Notes under the pieces: model-generated
Seen by the model: only the letters and a program-made list of their open reading frames with translations
The model's database searches: none
What the model was told of the DNA's origin: nothing
Translations under genes and position numbers: made by a program
Assembly (NCBI GenBank): GCA_963755545.1
Contig: CAVWKH010000008.1
Coordinates: 659 to 64,658 of the forward strand
From: an uncultured beta proteobacterium
GTDB taxonomy: Bacteria; Pseudomonadota; Gammaproteobacteria; Burkholderiales; Casimicrobiaceae
Direction of reading: 5' to 3'
Length of the DNA: 64,000 nucleotides
Part shown: positions 34,363 through 44,865 of the stretch, piece after piece
Numbering within the stretch: the stretch's first letter is position 1
Layout of the letters: the number at the start of each line of letters is the position of its first letter

Positions 34363-35303
34363 TTCGTGCGGTCGGCGACGACACGCCAGCCGTCGTCCGG
34401 GTCAAGTCCGTCGAATGTGCCGGCGCGCGCAAGCTCCGCCATCCACGCCTGCCGGTTGGCCGTGGCGGCAGCCATGAACGGCGCCAGTCCGGCCTCGCGC
34501 ACGGTGGTCGCGGCCTCGCGCATTTCCTCGGCGCGCCGCTTGCCGTGCTGGACGACCCGGCGGAAGAAGTAGCTGCCGTTCTTTTCCCAGTCCAGCCCCG
34601 GAAACGTCTCCGCAAGCGACGCCAGCACCGCGTCCTCCACGCCGTAGCGACGCGCGGTCATGAAGCTCTCGATCGCCAGCGCCTCCATGCCCTTGATGAT
34701 GATGCTCCGGCACATCTTGATCGCCGACGCCACGCCGAGCGTCGGTGACGCCACGGTTGCGGCAAAGCCCAATGCAGTCAGTATCGGCGCGGCGTCAGGC
34801 GCATCGGGTCCGCCAAGCAGCATCGGCACACGTATCCCGTACGGCGGCACCGATGTCATCACCGCAGCCTCGACATAGCGCGCTCCGGCGGCCGCCACGG
34901 CGGGACCGCACGCAGCCTTGACCTTGGGCGAGGCCGAGTTGACGTCGAGCAGAAACGCGCCGCGCTTAAGCGAAGGCAACGTGCTCATGACGGCCGCGTG
35001 GGTGGCGCTGGCGGTGACCGCTGAAATCACGAGGTCCGCGTCTGCAACGGCGGCGGTGGGGCTGTCCGCAACGGCGAGGCGGTCCCGCCTGGCCCGGTTG
35101 CGCATGTGCTCGCCGCTGGCGGCGTGTCCGAGCAGCACGTCGTAAAGGGTGATGGAGCGCACGCCCCGGGCCGCGAGCGCCGCGCCGAAAATGCCGCCGA
35201 CCTCGCCGTAGCCGATCAGTGCGATACGCAGGTGCGCAACGTCGACTTCGTTTCCGGATGACATTCCGGGCGCGGGACGCTTGTCGTGCGGCGTATCGTT
35301 CAT
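34344..35303 (-). CDS. NAD(P)-dependent oxidoreductase (6PGD-like, DUF1932)
   Basis: IGYGEVG Rossmann motif; ASAIKMCRSIIIKGMEAL; HGKRRAEEM. Confidence 0.88.
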   Translation of the reverse strand: MNDTPHDKRPAPGMSSGNEVDVAHLRIALIGYGEVGGIFGAALAARGVRSITLYDVLLGHAASGEHMRNRARRDRLAVADSPTAAVADADLVISAVTASATHAAVMSTLPSLKRGAFLLDVNSASPKVKAACGPAVAAAGARYVEAAVMTSVPPYGIRVPMLLGGPDAPDAAPILTALGFAATVASPTLGVASAIKMCRSIIIKGMEALAIESFMTARRYGVEDAVLASLAETFPGLDWEKNGSYFFRRVVQHGKRRAEEMREAATTVREAGLAPFMAAATANRQAWMAELARAGTFDGLDPDDGWRVVADRTNQGSLK

Positions 35304-35367
35304 CGTTTCACTCCGCTTGCATGTGCGATTGCTCGATCACCGGCTTCCTGCTCGCGCTTGCGGGTGC

Positions 35368-36669
35368 TCATGACGGGGTCTTGCGGTCGCGATCCCAGTC
35401 CAGCTTTCCTGCTTCGGTGCCGGCGACTGAGTAAAGCGCTCCCGGCGCATTGCGCGTCTTCTGGAATGCTTCCAGCGTTTCCCCGCGCATGGCGGCATAG
35501 ATGTGCAGGTTGGATACACCGATCACGGCGCCCAGCTTTTCCAGCATGAAGAAAATTACGCCGTGATGAATCATGCCGCGCCAGTCGCGCCGGCGTACGA
35601 GGTCGCGCTCCTCGTCGCTCAATCCGCCTTCGGCGAACACGGCCTCCGGATCCGCGAGAAAGCGCGCACGATGGGCAGGCTCGATCAGCCGATGCAGGAA
35701 GGCATTCAGGCGATACGCCTTGACGCTGGTGGCCAGCGTGAACGGGTACGTGCCGGTGAGCGCCTCCGCGCCCAGGAGTTGCGCGTTCTTGCGTGCGAGC
35801 GTTGCCTCCACTTCCGTGGTCGAAACAGCATCCGCCTCGTTTTCGTAGATGGCGGTGGCAATGCCGGCCATTGAAGGGAGGTAGTAGGTTCGATGCAGGC
35901 GCCGAAGGCGCGGCGACATGGCGCCGCGCATCACCAGCCACATGATGACTTCTGCTCCTTCCCATCCTCCCAGTGTTGCCAGCTGTGCATGGGTCATCGC
36001 GCAAAGCCGCTCGGGTTCGTGCTCGAACAACTCGAGGAATTCCGCGTCCCACTGTGTATTGTTGAAACCTGCGCGCTCGCCGTGCACCTGATGCGAGAGG
36101 CCGCCGGTGGCGACGATCGCCACCGCGATATCCTCCGGAAAGCTTTCGATCGCCAGACGCAACGCCTGGCCCAGCTTGAAACATCGGCGGGCCGTCGGAA
36201 TCGGGAACTGCAACACGCCGATCTGCAGCGGCACCAGCGCGACGGGCCAAGTCGGCTCATGCGGCAGCATCATCGACAACGGCGAAAAACATCCGTGGTC
36301 CAGCGCACGACGCTGGAAGAACGACATGTCGAACTCCTCCGCCATCAGCACTTCGCCGACGTGCTGCGCCAGCGCGGGCGCGCCGGCGATCGGCGGCAAT
36401 GCGCGCGGGCCGCCGCCCTCGTCGGCGACGGGCCACGAATCGCCGATCCCGAGCGCGAACGCCGAATAGTGGTCGAAGAAGAACGACGTCACGTGATCGT
36501 TGAAAATGAAAACCAGCGCGTCGGGCTTCTTTGCCGCCAGCCACGCCTGGATCGGGCGAAACGCCTCGAAGATGGGCGCCCACACAGGGTCGTCCTGTTT
36601 CTTCTTGTCGAACGCAAACCCGATGGTCGGTGTGTGCGACGTCGCGATTGCGCCTACGATTCTCGCCAT
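35368..36669 (-). CDS. galA: Gallate dioxygenase (DesB/GalA type, LigB-LigA domain fusion)
   Basis: [40 protein letters not shown]; C-terminal LigA-like [19 protein letters not shown]. Confidence 0.92.
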   Translation of the reverse strand: MARIVGAIATSHTPTIGFAFDKKKQDDPVWAPIFEAFRPIQAWLAAKKPDALVFIFNDHVTSFFFDHYSAFALGIGDSWPVADEGGGPRALPPIAGAPALAQHVGEVLMAEEFDMSFFQRRALDHGCFSPLSMMLPHEPTWPVALVPLQIGVLQFPIPTARRCFKLGQALRLAIESFPEDIAVAIVATGGLSHQVHGERAGFNNTQWDAEFLELFEHEPERLCAMTHAQLATLGGWEGAEVIMWLVMRGAMSPRLRRLHRTYYLPSMAGIATAIYENEADAVSTTEVEATLARKNAQLLGAEALTGTYPFTLATSVKAYRLNAFLHRLIEPAHRARFLADPEAVFAEGGLSDEERDLVRRRDWRGMIHHGVIFFMLEKLGAVIGVSNLHIYAAMRGETLEAFQKTRNAPGALYSVAGTEAGKLDWDRDRKTPS

Positions 36670-36715
36670 GATGTGGATCCCTTGCGTTGACGGGGATTGC
36701 CTGAACATTCCCGTT

Positions 36716-37422
36716 TCATTCGTCAGGCGGCATCCGTTCGACGTAGCGCAAGCCTGCCTTCGCGAGTTTGTCGCGCATGTCGTAGAGGTCGAGCCCAAGC
36801 ACGCCGGCGGCGAGCTTGCGCCCGGTTCGCTGGCTTCCTTCGATTCGCGCGCTCCCGCGGCGGCAGCTGCCTCGGCGGCCATGCGGCGCGGCACGATCAC
36901 GACACCATCATCGTCTCCGATCACGACGTCGCCGGGATGGACCAGCTGGCCCGCGCAAACGACGGGCACGTTGACCGAACCCACCGTCGCCTTGACGGTG
37001 CCTTTGGCGTTCACAGCTCTCGACCAGACCGGAAAATCCATCTCGCGCAGTTCGCGGACGTCGCGACAGCCGGCGTCGATGACGAGCCCCTTCCCGCCGC
37101 GAGCCCGGAAAGACGTGGCGAGCAATTCGCCGAACATGCCGTCCGAGTTTTCCGAGGATGTTGCAACGACGACGACATCGCCCGGCTGCAGCATTTCGGC
37201 GGCTACGTGAAGCATCCAGTTGTCACCGGGGTGCGCGAGGACCGTTACCGCAGTCCCGCAGACGCGTGCACCCGGATAGATCGCGCGCATCCACGGCTGC
37301 AGCAGCCCGCACCGCCCCATCGCCTCGTGCACGGTTGCCACGCCGAACGCCGACAGTGCCGCGACGACAGGCGCTTCCACGCGCTCGATGTTTCGCACGA
37401 CGATCCCCGACTGCCCGATCAT
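36716..37422 (-). CDS. galC: 4-carboxy-4-hydroxy-2-oxoadipate aldolase (LigK/GalC), frameshift at ~36825
   Basis: [40 protein letters not shown] | [19 protein letters not shown]. Confidence 0.9.
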
Positions 37423-38144
37423 GAGAACGCTCCGCCGACCTGCGGAAACACGCGCTGGTAGCCCTCCGCATACTTGATCTTGAGATCCGAATTGCGCGAT
37501 GCCTGGACGCCGCGCTGCAGCGCCACGCGCGTGTAGTACTCCCACAGGTGCTCCTGCGCGGCCATGAACTCGAACGCCTGTTTCTTCTTCTCCCAGACCG
37601 ATGTGATGTCCAGCAGCATCTGCGGCTTCCAGTTGCACTGCTCGGGCTGGTGCGGCTCGAACAGGAACACCGGCGGCGCGCCCAGCACCGCCTCGCCGGG
37701 CCTGTGGCCATGCGCCTGCGCGACGACGCGCGCTTCCTGCGCCACGTGCGTGGCCAGCGGGTGATCGAAGTTGTAGGGATCCTCCAGCGAATGCGAAAGC
37801 ACGAACGCCGGGCGAACGTCGCGATAGATGTCGGCCAGCCGTTCGACCACGTCCACGCCCACGCGCATCGGGTAATCGCCGCAATCGAAGAACTCGATCT
37901 CGGCGCCGAGCAGCTTCGCGGCGGCGGCAGCTTCCTCGCGGCGATTGGCTTTGACTTGCTCCAGCGTCATTCCCGGCATCTTCCAGAGCTTGGCGGACTC
38001 GCCACGCTCGCCGTAGGACAGGCACACGACTTTCACGCGCGAACCACGGGACGCGTACAACGCGATGGCGCCGCCTGCGCGCCAGACGAAGTCAGCGGCA
38101 TGCGCGCTGACGACGAGAATCGAGGGAGGGCTGGAGTTGTTCAT
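37419..38144 (-). CDS. galB: 4-oxalomesaconate hydratase (PIG-L family)
   Basis: [40 protein letters not shown]. Confidence 0.92.
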   Translation of the reverse strand: MNNSSPPSILVVSAHAADFVWRAGGAIALYASRGSRVKVVCLSYGERGESAKLWKMPGMTLEQVKANRREEAAAAAKLLGAEIEFFDCGDYPMRVGVDVVERLADIYRDVRPAFVLSHSLEDPYNFDHPLATHVAQEARVVAQAHGHRPGEAVLGAPPVFLFEPHQPEQCNWKPQMLLDITSVWEKKKQAFEFMAAQEHLWEYYTRVALQRGVQASRNSDLKIKYAEGYQRVFPQVGGAFS

Positions 38145-38170
38145 CGCCTGGTCCGATGTTGAAGTGGATG

Positions 38171-39292
38171 TCACGCGGGGTGCGTGGCAGGGGATGGATC
38201 GGGGGAAGGATGGAGGATCGACGCCGGAATCAGCACCTGCCCACGGAACAGTGCGCGCGCCGTGCGCACCAGCGCGCAGTGCTTGAGCTCCACGCCGTTT
38301 GCAGTGATTCGCGCCTCCAGCTCGACAGTGAATTCGCCTGTCGGATGCTCGACCGAAACGCGCTTGCGCTCGCCGTCCGGCAGCAACGCGAGCGCGGCAG
38401 CCACGGTGCCTGGCACTACGCAGGCGGTCGCTACGGATACGGCGCCGAGAACACCGATCGCCTCGTGGCAGACGCGCGGAATGAACGTGCGTGTGCAGAT
38501 CGCCCCGCCCTCGCGCGCCGGCGCAATCAGCGTCATCTTCGGCACCACGCGGCCGCTGCAGTCGCCAAGATTCATGCGCTCGCCCGCGATCGCACGAATC
38601 ACTTCGAGGCGGGCTTTGAGTTCCGTGTCCGCGTTGAGCTGTTCCGGCGATTCGTATCCGGTGCGGCCCAGACTGGCGGCCTCGATCACCACCACAGGCA
38701 TGCCGTTGTCGATGCAGGTCACCGGGATTCCGTCGATCAGATCCTGCGCATGACCGGTCGGCAGCAGCGCGCCACAGCTCGAGCCTTCGATCGCGTCGAA
38801 TTCGAGCAGCACAGGCGCCGCTAACCCCGGAACGCCGCTGATCGCCGTCTCTCCGGCGTAGGTGACTTTTCCCTGCGGTGTCCGCACGGTGGATCGGCAC
38901 AGGCTGTCGGTATTGGCCATCCAGATGCGAACCGTCGTCTCGCCGGATGTCGAAGCCTTCACCAGCCCCGCATCGAGCGCAAACGGCGCGACGCCGGCCA
39001 GGATGTTGCCACACGTCGGCGAATAATCGACCCGCGCTTCGTCGACCACGACCTGCGCAAACAGATAATCGACGTCAACGTCTGGTCGCCGCGAACGCTC
39101 GACGATCGCCACCTTGCTGGTCAACGGGTGAGCGCCCCCCACGCCGTCGATCTGGCGCGGGTCCGGCGAACCGAACGCGGCGAGCAGCGCCAGGTCGCGC
39201 TGCGCGCGATCCTGCGGCAGGTCCTCCGCCAGGAAGTACGCCCCTTTCGACGTACCGCCGCGCATCAGCACACAGGGGATTTCGGTTTGCAT
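38171..39292 (-). CDS. galD: 4-oxalomesaconate tautomerase (PrpF family)
   Basis: MRGGTSKG, GSPDPRQIDGVGG, TSKVA, CGNILAG, HEAIGV, EHPTG. Confidence 0.92.
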   Translation of the reverse strand: MQTEIPCVLMRGGTSKGAYFLAEDLPQDRAQRDLALLAAFGSPDPRQIDGVGGAHPLTSKVAIVERSRRPDVDVDYLFAQVVVDEARVDYSPTCGNILAGVAPFALDAGLVKASTSGETTVRIWMANTDSLCRSTVRTPQGKVTYAGETAISGVPGLAAPVLLEFDAIEGSSCGALLPTGHAQDLIDGIPVTCIDNGMPVVVIEAASLGRTGYESPEQLNADTELKARLEVIRAIAGERMNLGDCSGRVVPKMTLIAPAREGGAICTRTFIPRVCHEAIGVLGAVSVATACVVPGTVAAALALLPDGERKRVSVEHPTGEFTVELEARITANGVELKHCALVRTARALFRGQVLIPASILHPSPDPSPATHPA

Positions 39293-39421
39293 TTGCCGCC
39301 AGTCTATGGCCATACAGCGCCGCTGAAGTAATGAAATAATGGCAGGCATTCATACCGAAACCCGTATCACCATCCGTCGCCCTTCATCACGATCACCTTT
39401 CCACCGGCTCCGCCCCGACTC

Positions 39422-40372
39422 ATGCGCAATGCCCTCACGCCCGACTGGTACCTGCGCTCGCGGCTCAAGATGCGTCATGTCCAGCTGCTGGTGGCCATCG
39501 ACGAGCATCGCAGCATCCACAAGGCGGCGACGAGTCTCCACATGACGCAGCCGGCCGCGACCAAGCTGCTTGCCGACCTCGAGGCGCTGCTCGAGCTGCA
39601 CCTCTTCGAGCGCTCCACCCGGGGGCTGGTGCCCACACCCCACGGTGAAAGCCTGGTCCGGCACGCGCAGGCGATCCTGGGCACACTCGACCACGCCCGC
39701 GAGGAACTCGCGGCAATCAGCGACGGCGCGGCAGGCAAGATCAAGATCGGCGTGCTGCTGGTCGTCGCGCCTGTGTTGGTGCCGCGAGCGCTGCTGCGCT
39801 TCAAGGAGCGCCATCCGACCACGACCGTCCTGGTGCAGGAAGGCAACCTTGCATCACTTCTGCCCGCGCTGCATCGTGGCGACCTCGACCTCGTTGTCGG
39901 CAGGCTAACCGCAGACTTCGACAGTGCAGGTTTGCATTTCGAGCTTTGCTACGACGAACCGATGTGCGTCGTCGTGCGGGTGGGCCATCCCTTGTGCGGG
40001 ACGGCGGCGTTACAACTCTCCGGTCTTGCCGGCCACGCGTGGATCCTGCCGACACCCGACGCCGCGTTCCGGCAGCGCGTGGATGCCGCGTTCCGGCAAA
40101 GCGGCGTCGAGCCTCCGTTGCGGCTGGTCGAATCCGTGTCTATCCTGACCAACAAGGCGCTGCTGCAAGGCTCCGACATGTTGGGCGTCATGCCGCGAAA
40201 CGTCGCGCGCCATTACGAGTCCGCAGGCGAACTCGCGGTGCTGGATGTGGACCTTCCGTTGCCTTCCGGTCCGGTCGGGATGATCACGCGCAGCGCCGGG
40301 GCGACGACGCTCGCGCAGCGCGACCTGCTCGACGCCGTACGGGACGTCGCTCGCGAGATTCACGGCGCCTGA
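39422..40372 (+). CDS. LysR family regulator of the gal cluster (GalR-like)
   Basis: SIHKAATSLHMTQPAATK HTH; divergent from galD. Confidence 0.9.
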   Translation: MRNALTPDWYLRSRLKMRHVQLLVAIDEHRSIHKAATSLHMTQPAATKLLADLEALLELHLFERSTRGLVPTPHGESLVRHAQAILGTLDHAREELAAISDGAAGKIKIGVLLVVAPVLVPRALLRFKERHPTTTVLVQEGNLASLLPALHRGDLDLVVGRLTADFDSAGLHFELCYDEPMCVVVRVGHPLCGTAALQLSGLAGHAWILPTPDAAFRQRVDAAFRQSGVEPPLRLVESVSILTNKALLQGSDMLGVMPRNVARHYESAGELAVLDVDLPLPSGPVGMITRSAGATTLAQRDLLDAVRDVAREIHGA

Positions 40373-40418
40373 GTCCGACGCGGGCCTCGATGGCTTAAAC
40401 GCCTGCTGGCCTGAACAT

Positions 40419-40487
40419 GTCGCCCCCGGCGAACGCTGCGATCCACGGACTTTCGACACTGGGTTCCCGCGTCCGCGGGAACGACAC
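40419..40487. repeat. CGTC-class REP-like palindromic element (one clear unit, one degenerate partner)
   Basis: CACTGGGTTCCCGCGTCCGCGGGAACGAC at 40457-40485, 26/29 identical to 49975-50003 inside icmF. Confidence 0.7.
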
Positions 40488-40528
40488 CGTAGGATGGTTT
40501 GCAACGGCCCGGAATGCGCGTCGGTCGA

Positions 40529-40629
40529 CGCCGTCGCAACACACTGCAATCCCGTTCCGGCGCCGTCGCAACACACTGCAATTCCGTTCCGGCGCCGTCG
40601 CAACACACTGCAATTCCGTTCCGGCGCCG
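40529..40629. repeat. 32-bp tandem repeat, 3 copies plus a partial
   Basis: CGCCGTCGCAACACACTGCAATTCCGTTCCGG at 40529 (1 mismatch), 40561 and 40593; no spacers. Confidence 0.95.
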
Positions 40630-40676
40630 CCGCGGCTGTGCGAAGATAGGCACGTCGCCGCTTCCTGCAGACTTTC

Positions 40677-41507
40677 ATGACGAGCCGAACCGCCGCTAAC
40701 GCCGGTGCTTACTTGCCTTACGTGCTGGCGATCGCGCTGTCGCTGTTTGCGCCCGCGGCGGCGGCGGAGCAAGCCGTGGTCGTGCAGGGCGCGCTGTGCC
40801 GTGGCGAGGAGCCGTTCTGGCAACTCGAGGCCAGCCGCACGACCGCCGTGTTGAATCGCCTCGCCAACAAGGGCAACCGCGAAGTCATCTTCCACGGCGC
40901 TCCGCAGGCCTTCATGTTTGTCGCGCCGGCGGCAGTCGTCTGGCGCGGCGATTCGACTCACCTGCCGCGCGAAACGCTCGTCGTCACGATGCGCGAAGAA
41001 GCCTGCCGCTCGACCATGGCGGATGCTGCCCCGTTGCCGTGGCGCGCCATCCTGTCGCTCAAGACCGGCGAAGCGATGACCGGATGCTGCACGGTGCTCG
41101 CGGGCTACGACGTCAAGGTCGCGCCCGTGGCCAATCCCGCGAAAAAACCGCTGGAAGACTGGGCGCGCGCGCTGCCAGAGCTCCTGCCTGCCATCGACCA
41201 ATGTCTCGGCAGCGCCGACGCGAACGCGCGGTCGATCGCGAAGGCCGGACCGGCGGGCAACGGCATCGTCACCGTGCGTATGTTCCAGTCGTCGGGAAAA
41301 AGCGTCGACTGCGAAGCGGAAATGTCCGGAAAGGGGACAGCGAAGATCGTCGCGGTGAATTCCGCCGATCCGCCGCTGGCGGGATCGGGCAATCCGTTGT
41401 TCTATCCGGCGCGGGATCCGCCACCGATGGTTAGGTGCGGCAAGCTCGAGCGCGTGAACGGGCGCACCGGCAACCTCGTGGGCTACCTGCATTACGATCC
41501 GTGTTGA
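40677..41507 (+). CDS. Secreted Cys-rich protein with a COG3650-like N-terminal domain
   Basis: Signal peptide ending AAA; CRGEEPFW, C.STMAD, GCC motifs; 8 Cys in total. Confidence 0.7.
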   Translation: MTSRTAANAGAYLPYVLAIALSLFAPAAAAEQAVVVQGALCRGEEPFWQLEASRTTAVLNRLANKGNREVIFHGAPQAFMFVAPAAVVWRGDSTHLPRETLVVTMREEACRSTMADAAPLPWRAILSLKTGEAMTGCCTVLAGYDVKVAPVANPAKKPLEDWARALPELLPAIDQCLGSADANARSIAKAGPAGNGIVTVRMFQSSGKSVDCEAEMSGKGTAKIVAVNSADPPLAGSGNPLFYPARDPPPMVRCGKLERVNGRTGNLVGYLHYDPC

Positions 41508-41582
41508 TGCGACCCCGCGGAAATTCGGCGGCAATTCAACAGCGGTAGCGGGGTGGCGGCAGGCGAGCGCTCCGCCGCACCA

Positions 41583-42557
41583 CTATTGAAGCAACGGCTT
41601 TCGCAAATAATCGTTGCGGTCGCCTGAAATCACGTCCACCCGCAGAGGCGCACCTTCGCGCAACACCGAAAGCGGAATGGTCGTGCCTGCGGGACCCTGC
41701 TGCCAGATGTTGCGAAAGAGGTCGGCCAGGCCGGTGACGCGCTTGCCAGCGACTTCGACCACCACGTCGCCGGGGTGCACGCCGCTCGCATCCGCAGGTC
41801 CGTCGGTTGCGACGCCGCCTACCACCAGGCGACCACTGTCGTCGCCGGTATACATGCCGAGCCACGGCCGCGGAGGCGACGACGTGTGGCCCCGCGTAAG
41901 GAGGTCGTCGAGGATCGGCTCGATCAGGTCCACCGGCACGAACAGGTTGCCTTTCACGACGTTGTCGCCGGCGGCCTCCTGCACGAAAAGCGACCCGATT
42001 CCGAGCAGTCGGCCGTCGAGCCCGACCAGTGCGGCGCCGCTCCATTCCGGATGTGGCGGCGACGTGAACAGAGCTTCATCCAGCACGTACTCCCAGAATC
42101 CCGCGAATTCGCGCTTGGCGAACACCTGCGCCTGCAGCGCATGCGCGCGCCCGCCGTGCCCGATCACGATGGCCCCGTCGCCCACGTCCACCGAGGCCGC
42201 AGTCCCGCGCTGTAACGGCGGCACGCCAAGCGTGCCGAGCGGCATCACGAGCCCCAGTCCGGAGGCAAAGTCGAAGGCCAGCGGATGTCCGGGAATCATC
42301 CTGCCGTCGCCCGTCGTCAGCCACACCGATTCGGCCTCGGTGATCAGGTAGCCGATCGTGAGCATCAGCCCGTCGTCGCGAATCACCACCGCATTGCCGA
42401 AGCGCTCGGTGCCGAGGATAGGCGCAGTAAAGGCGTCTTCCGGAATTGCGGCGCGCAACATGACGACCGAGCGCAGCGCAGCGGACAGGTCGAAGCGCAG
42501 GCCTTCGGCCTTGGGTTGCTGGTTTGCCGGAAACGACCAATTCGTGGATTCGGCCAA
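41583..42557 (-). CDS. Trypsin-like (S1C) domain + PDZ protein with divergent active site
   Basis: LTIGYLITEA, HPEWSGAAL, PRPWLG, GPADASGVHPGDVV; TTG start inferred. Confidence 0.85.
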   Translation of the reverse strand: MAESTNWSFPANQQPKAEGLRFDLSAALRSVVMLRAAIPEDAFTAPILGTERFGNAVVIRDDGLMLTIGYLITEAESVWLTTGDGRMIPGHPLAFDFASGLGLVMPLGTLGVPPLQRGTAASVDVGDGAIVIGHGGRAHALQAQVFAKREFAGFWEYVLDEALFTSPPHPEWSGAALVGLDGRLLGIGSLFVQEAAGDNVVKGNLFVPVDLIEPILDDLLTRGHTSSPPRPWLGMYTGDDSGRLVVGGVATDGPADASGVHPGDVVVEVAGKRVTGLADLFRNIWQQGPAGTTIPLSVLREGAPLRVDVISGDRNDYLRKPLLQ

Positions 42558-42711
42558 GGCGGAAATTGCCTCCGTGAATTTCGGGGCCGGAACTACTCGG
42601 CGGGACTCGGCTGGACTCGACCCGAAGCGACAGTCAAGTCCGGAACACCTTCGACCAATTTTACGCGACTGCGTTCGCACGCGCTGCGATGCACATTTGG
42701 CGTGCTGCGTG

Positions 42712-43494
42712 CTAACCGGTCCAGCCCAGGTGGCCCAGGAAGTCGCGCGTGCGCTCAGTGGTGGGGGCATCGAAGATCTGCGCGGGCGGCCCTTGCTCGA
42801 CGATGCGTCCGGCATCGAAGACGGCAACCCAGTCACCCACACGCCGCGCAAACGCCATTTCGTGCGTGACCACCACCATCGTCATGCCTTCGTCGGCCAG
42901 CGTCTTCATCACATTCAGTACTTCGCCGATCGTCTCGGGGTCGAGCGCGGACGTCGGCTCGTCGAACAGCATCACGTCAGGCTGCATCGCCAGCGCGCGC
43001 GCGATGGCCACGCGCTGCTGCTGGCCGCCGGACAGCGCGGCTGGATGGTTGGGCGCCTTGTCGGCGAGACCGACCTTTGCGAGCATCGCCGTCGCGCGGT
43101 CCATCGCGTCCACCCGGCTCATCCGCAGGACCGTGCGCGGTCCTTCCGCGACGTTCTCGAGCGCCGTGAGGTGCGGGAACAGTTCGAAGCTCTGGAACAC
43201 CATGCCCATCCGCTGGCGAACCGCGCGCAATGCGCGTTCGTCGCGGGGGAGCACGGCTCCTTCGAATTCGATTTCCCCGCCTTCGATCGATTCCAGGCCG
43301 TTCGTGCAACGCAGCAGCGTGGACTTGCCGGAACCCGAAGGTCCGATGAGGCATACCACTTCGCCGGCATGCACATCGAGATCGACGCCACCCAGCGCCT
43401 GAAACGCGCCATACGTCTTGACCACGCCGCGGTAGCGCAGGATGGTCGCGCCGGCACTCATTTCCCGCACCGGAGGGCCGGCCATCGCGCTCAT
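42712..43494 (-). CDS. Polar amino acid ABC transporter ATP-binding protein
   Basis: [41 protein letters not shown]. Confidence 0.94.
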   Translation of the reverse strand: MSAMAGPPVREMSAGATILRYRGVVKTYGAFQALGGVDLDVHAGEVVCLIGPSGSGKSTLLRCTNGLESIEGGEIEFEGAVLPRDERALRAVRQRMGMVFQSFELFPHLTALENVAEGPRTVLRMSRVDAMDRATAMLAKVGLADKAPNHPAALSGGQQQRVAIARALAMQPDVMLFDEPTSALDPETIGEVLNVMKTLADEGMTMVVVTHEMAFARRVGDWVAVFDAGRIVEQGPPAQIFDAPTTERTRDFLGHLGWTG

Positions 43495-44150
43495 TCGGTC
43501 ACCGCATAGCGGCGCTGGATCCAGTCCACCAGCTTGGCCTGCGGATAGCCCAGCAACCAGTAGATCGCCGCCATGGCCGTGAGCATTTCCAGCACACGGT
43601 AGGTCTGCGCGCGGATCTGCATCGACACATAGGCCAGCTCGGTGACGGCGATCACCGAAACCAGCGACGTGTCCTTGAACAGCGAAACCCATGTGCTCGC
43701 GAGCACGGGCAGGATGCGCCGCAATGCCTGCGGCACGACGACCCGGTGCAATGCCTGCGTGCGGCTCATGCCCAGCGCCATCGCCGCCTCGACCTGACCA
43801 CGGCGTATCGAGTTGATGCCGGCACGAAACGTTTCCGCGTTGTATGCCGTCACGTTGAACACCAGTGCGGCGAGGCCGGTGGCCAGGGCCGGCAATCCGA
43901 TATCGGTCCAGATCGGCAGCACGTAGTACGCCCAGTAGACAACGAGGATGAGCGGCAGGTTGCGGAACAATTCAACGTAGGCCATCGCGGCGGCCCGCAC
44001 CGGCCTCCAGCCGTAAAGCCGCAGCACCGCCACGACGATGCCGCAGGGTACCGCGATGAGCATGGTGACCACCGTCAGCATGATCGTGGTGCCGGTCGCG
44101 ATAGCCAGCGCCTCGCGATGCTGCCACACCACGCTCCAGTCGAACGTCAC
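43491..44150 (-). CDS. Polar amino acid ABC permease
   Basis: [36 protein letters not shown]. Confidence 0.92.
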   Translation of the reverse strand: MTFDWSVVWQHREALAIATGTTIMLTVVTMLIAVPCGIVVAVLRLYGWRPVRAAAMAYVELFRNLPLILVVYWAYYVLPIWTDIGLPALATGLAALVFNVTAYNAETFRAGINSIRRGQVEAAMALGMSRTQALHRVVVPQALRRILPVLASTWVSLFKDTSLVSVIAVTELAYVSMQIRAQTYRVLEMLTAMAAIYWLLGYPQAKLVDWIQRRYAVTE

Positions 44151-44812
44151 GAGCGGCCCAGGTGCGCAACGCGGCGATAGATCATGTCGACGCCGCGCGT
44201 GACCGGAAACAGGATCACGAAGTAGACCAGCATCGCGAATGTGTAGACCTCGATCGGCTGGAAGCTCTGGCCGGCCAATGTCTCCGATTGCCGCATGTAC
44301 TCGGCCACCGCAATGACTGACGCAATGGCGGTGTCCTTGATCGTGATGGACAGCAGCGAGCCAAACGCGGGAAGCATTCGCACCACTGCCTGCGGCAGCA
44401 CGATCCGCCGCAGGATCTGGGCTCGCGACATGCCGAGCGCCAGCGACGCGCGCGTCTGGCCAGGCCTCACGGATTCGATGCCGGCACGCACGATTTCCGC
44501 CGCGTAGGCCGCCAGGTGTACGGTCAAGCCGAGAAGCGCCGCAAAGAAGGGCGACATCGTGATGCCCGCGACGATGGGCAGCGCAAAGAACGTCCACACC
44601 AGCACGACGAGCACCGGGATGGACCGCATCGAATCGATGTAGAACACGAGCAGGGGCCGCAGCCACCGCGGACCATACAGGCGCAGCAGCGCAATGACGA
44701 AGCCCGCGGCGAGGCTCGTCGCACCCGACAGCAGCGCCAGCGCCAGCGTGACGCCGACGCCGGACAGCAGGAAACGCCAGTGCCCGGTGATGACGGAGAA
44801 GTCGTAATCCAC
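44147..44812 (-). CDS. Polar amino acid ABC permease
   Basis: YIDSMRSIP, AYAAEIVRAG, VLPQA, IKDTA. Confidence 0.92.
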   Translation of the reverse strand: MDYDFSVITGHWRFLLSGVGVTLALALLSGATSLAAGFVIALLRLYGPRWLRPLLVFYIDSMRSIPVLVVLVWTFFALPIVAGITMSPFFAALLGLTVHLAAYAAEIVRAGIESVRPGQTRASLALGMSRAQILRRIVLPQAVVRMLPAFGSLLSITIKDTAIASVIAVAEYMRQSETLAGQSFQPIEVYTFAMLVYFVILFPVTRGVDMIYRRVAHLGRS

Positions 44813-44865
44813 GCGGCGGCTCGTGCGTTGACGGGCGGTTCTTTACGAGAAGCCGCGTGATGCCG

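Noticed and set aside
35368-38025. Apparent aldolase-dioxygenase fusion (885-aa ORF)
   Set aside because: The conserved LigK C-terminus ([14 protein letters not shown]) is in another frame ending at 36716; an indel at ~36825 causes the read-through.
39352-39367. LysR box ATAC-N8-GTAT between galD and the LysR gene
   Set aside because: Plausible location, but the spacing is one base longer than the T-N11-A consensus, so it is not called.
40529-40629. Possible CRISPR array (32-bp repeats)
   Set aside because: The units are directly adjacent with no spacers, and there are no cas genes in the window.
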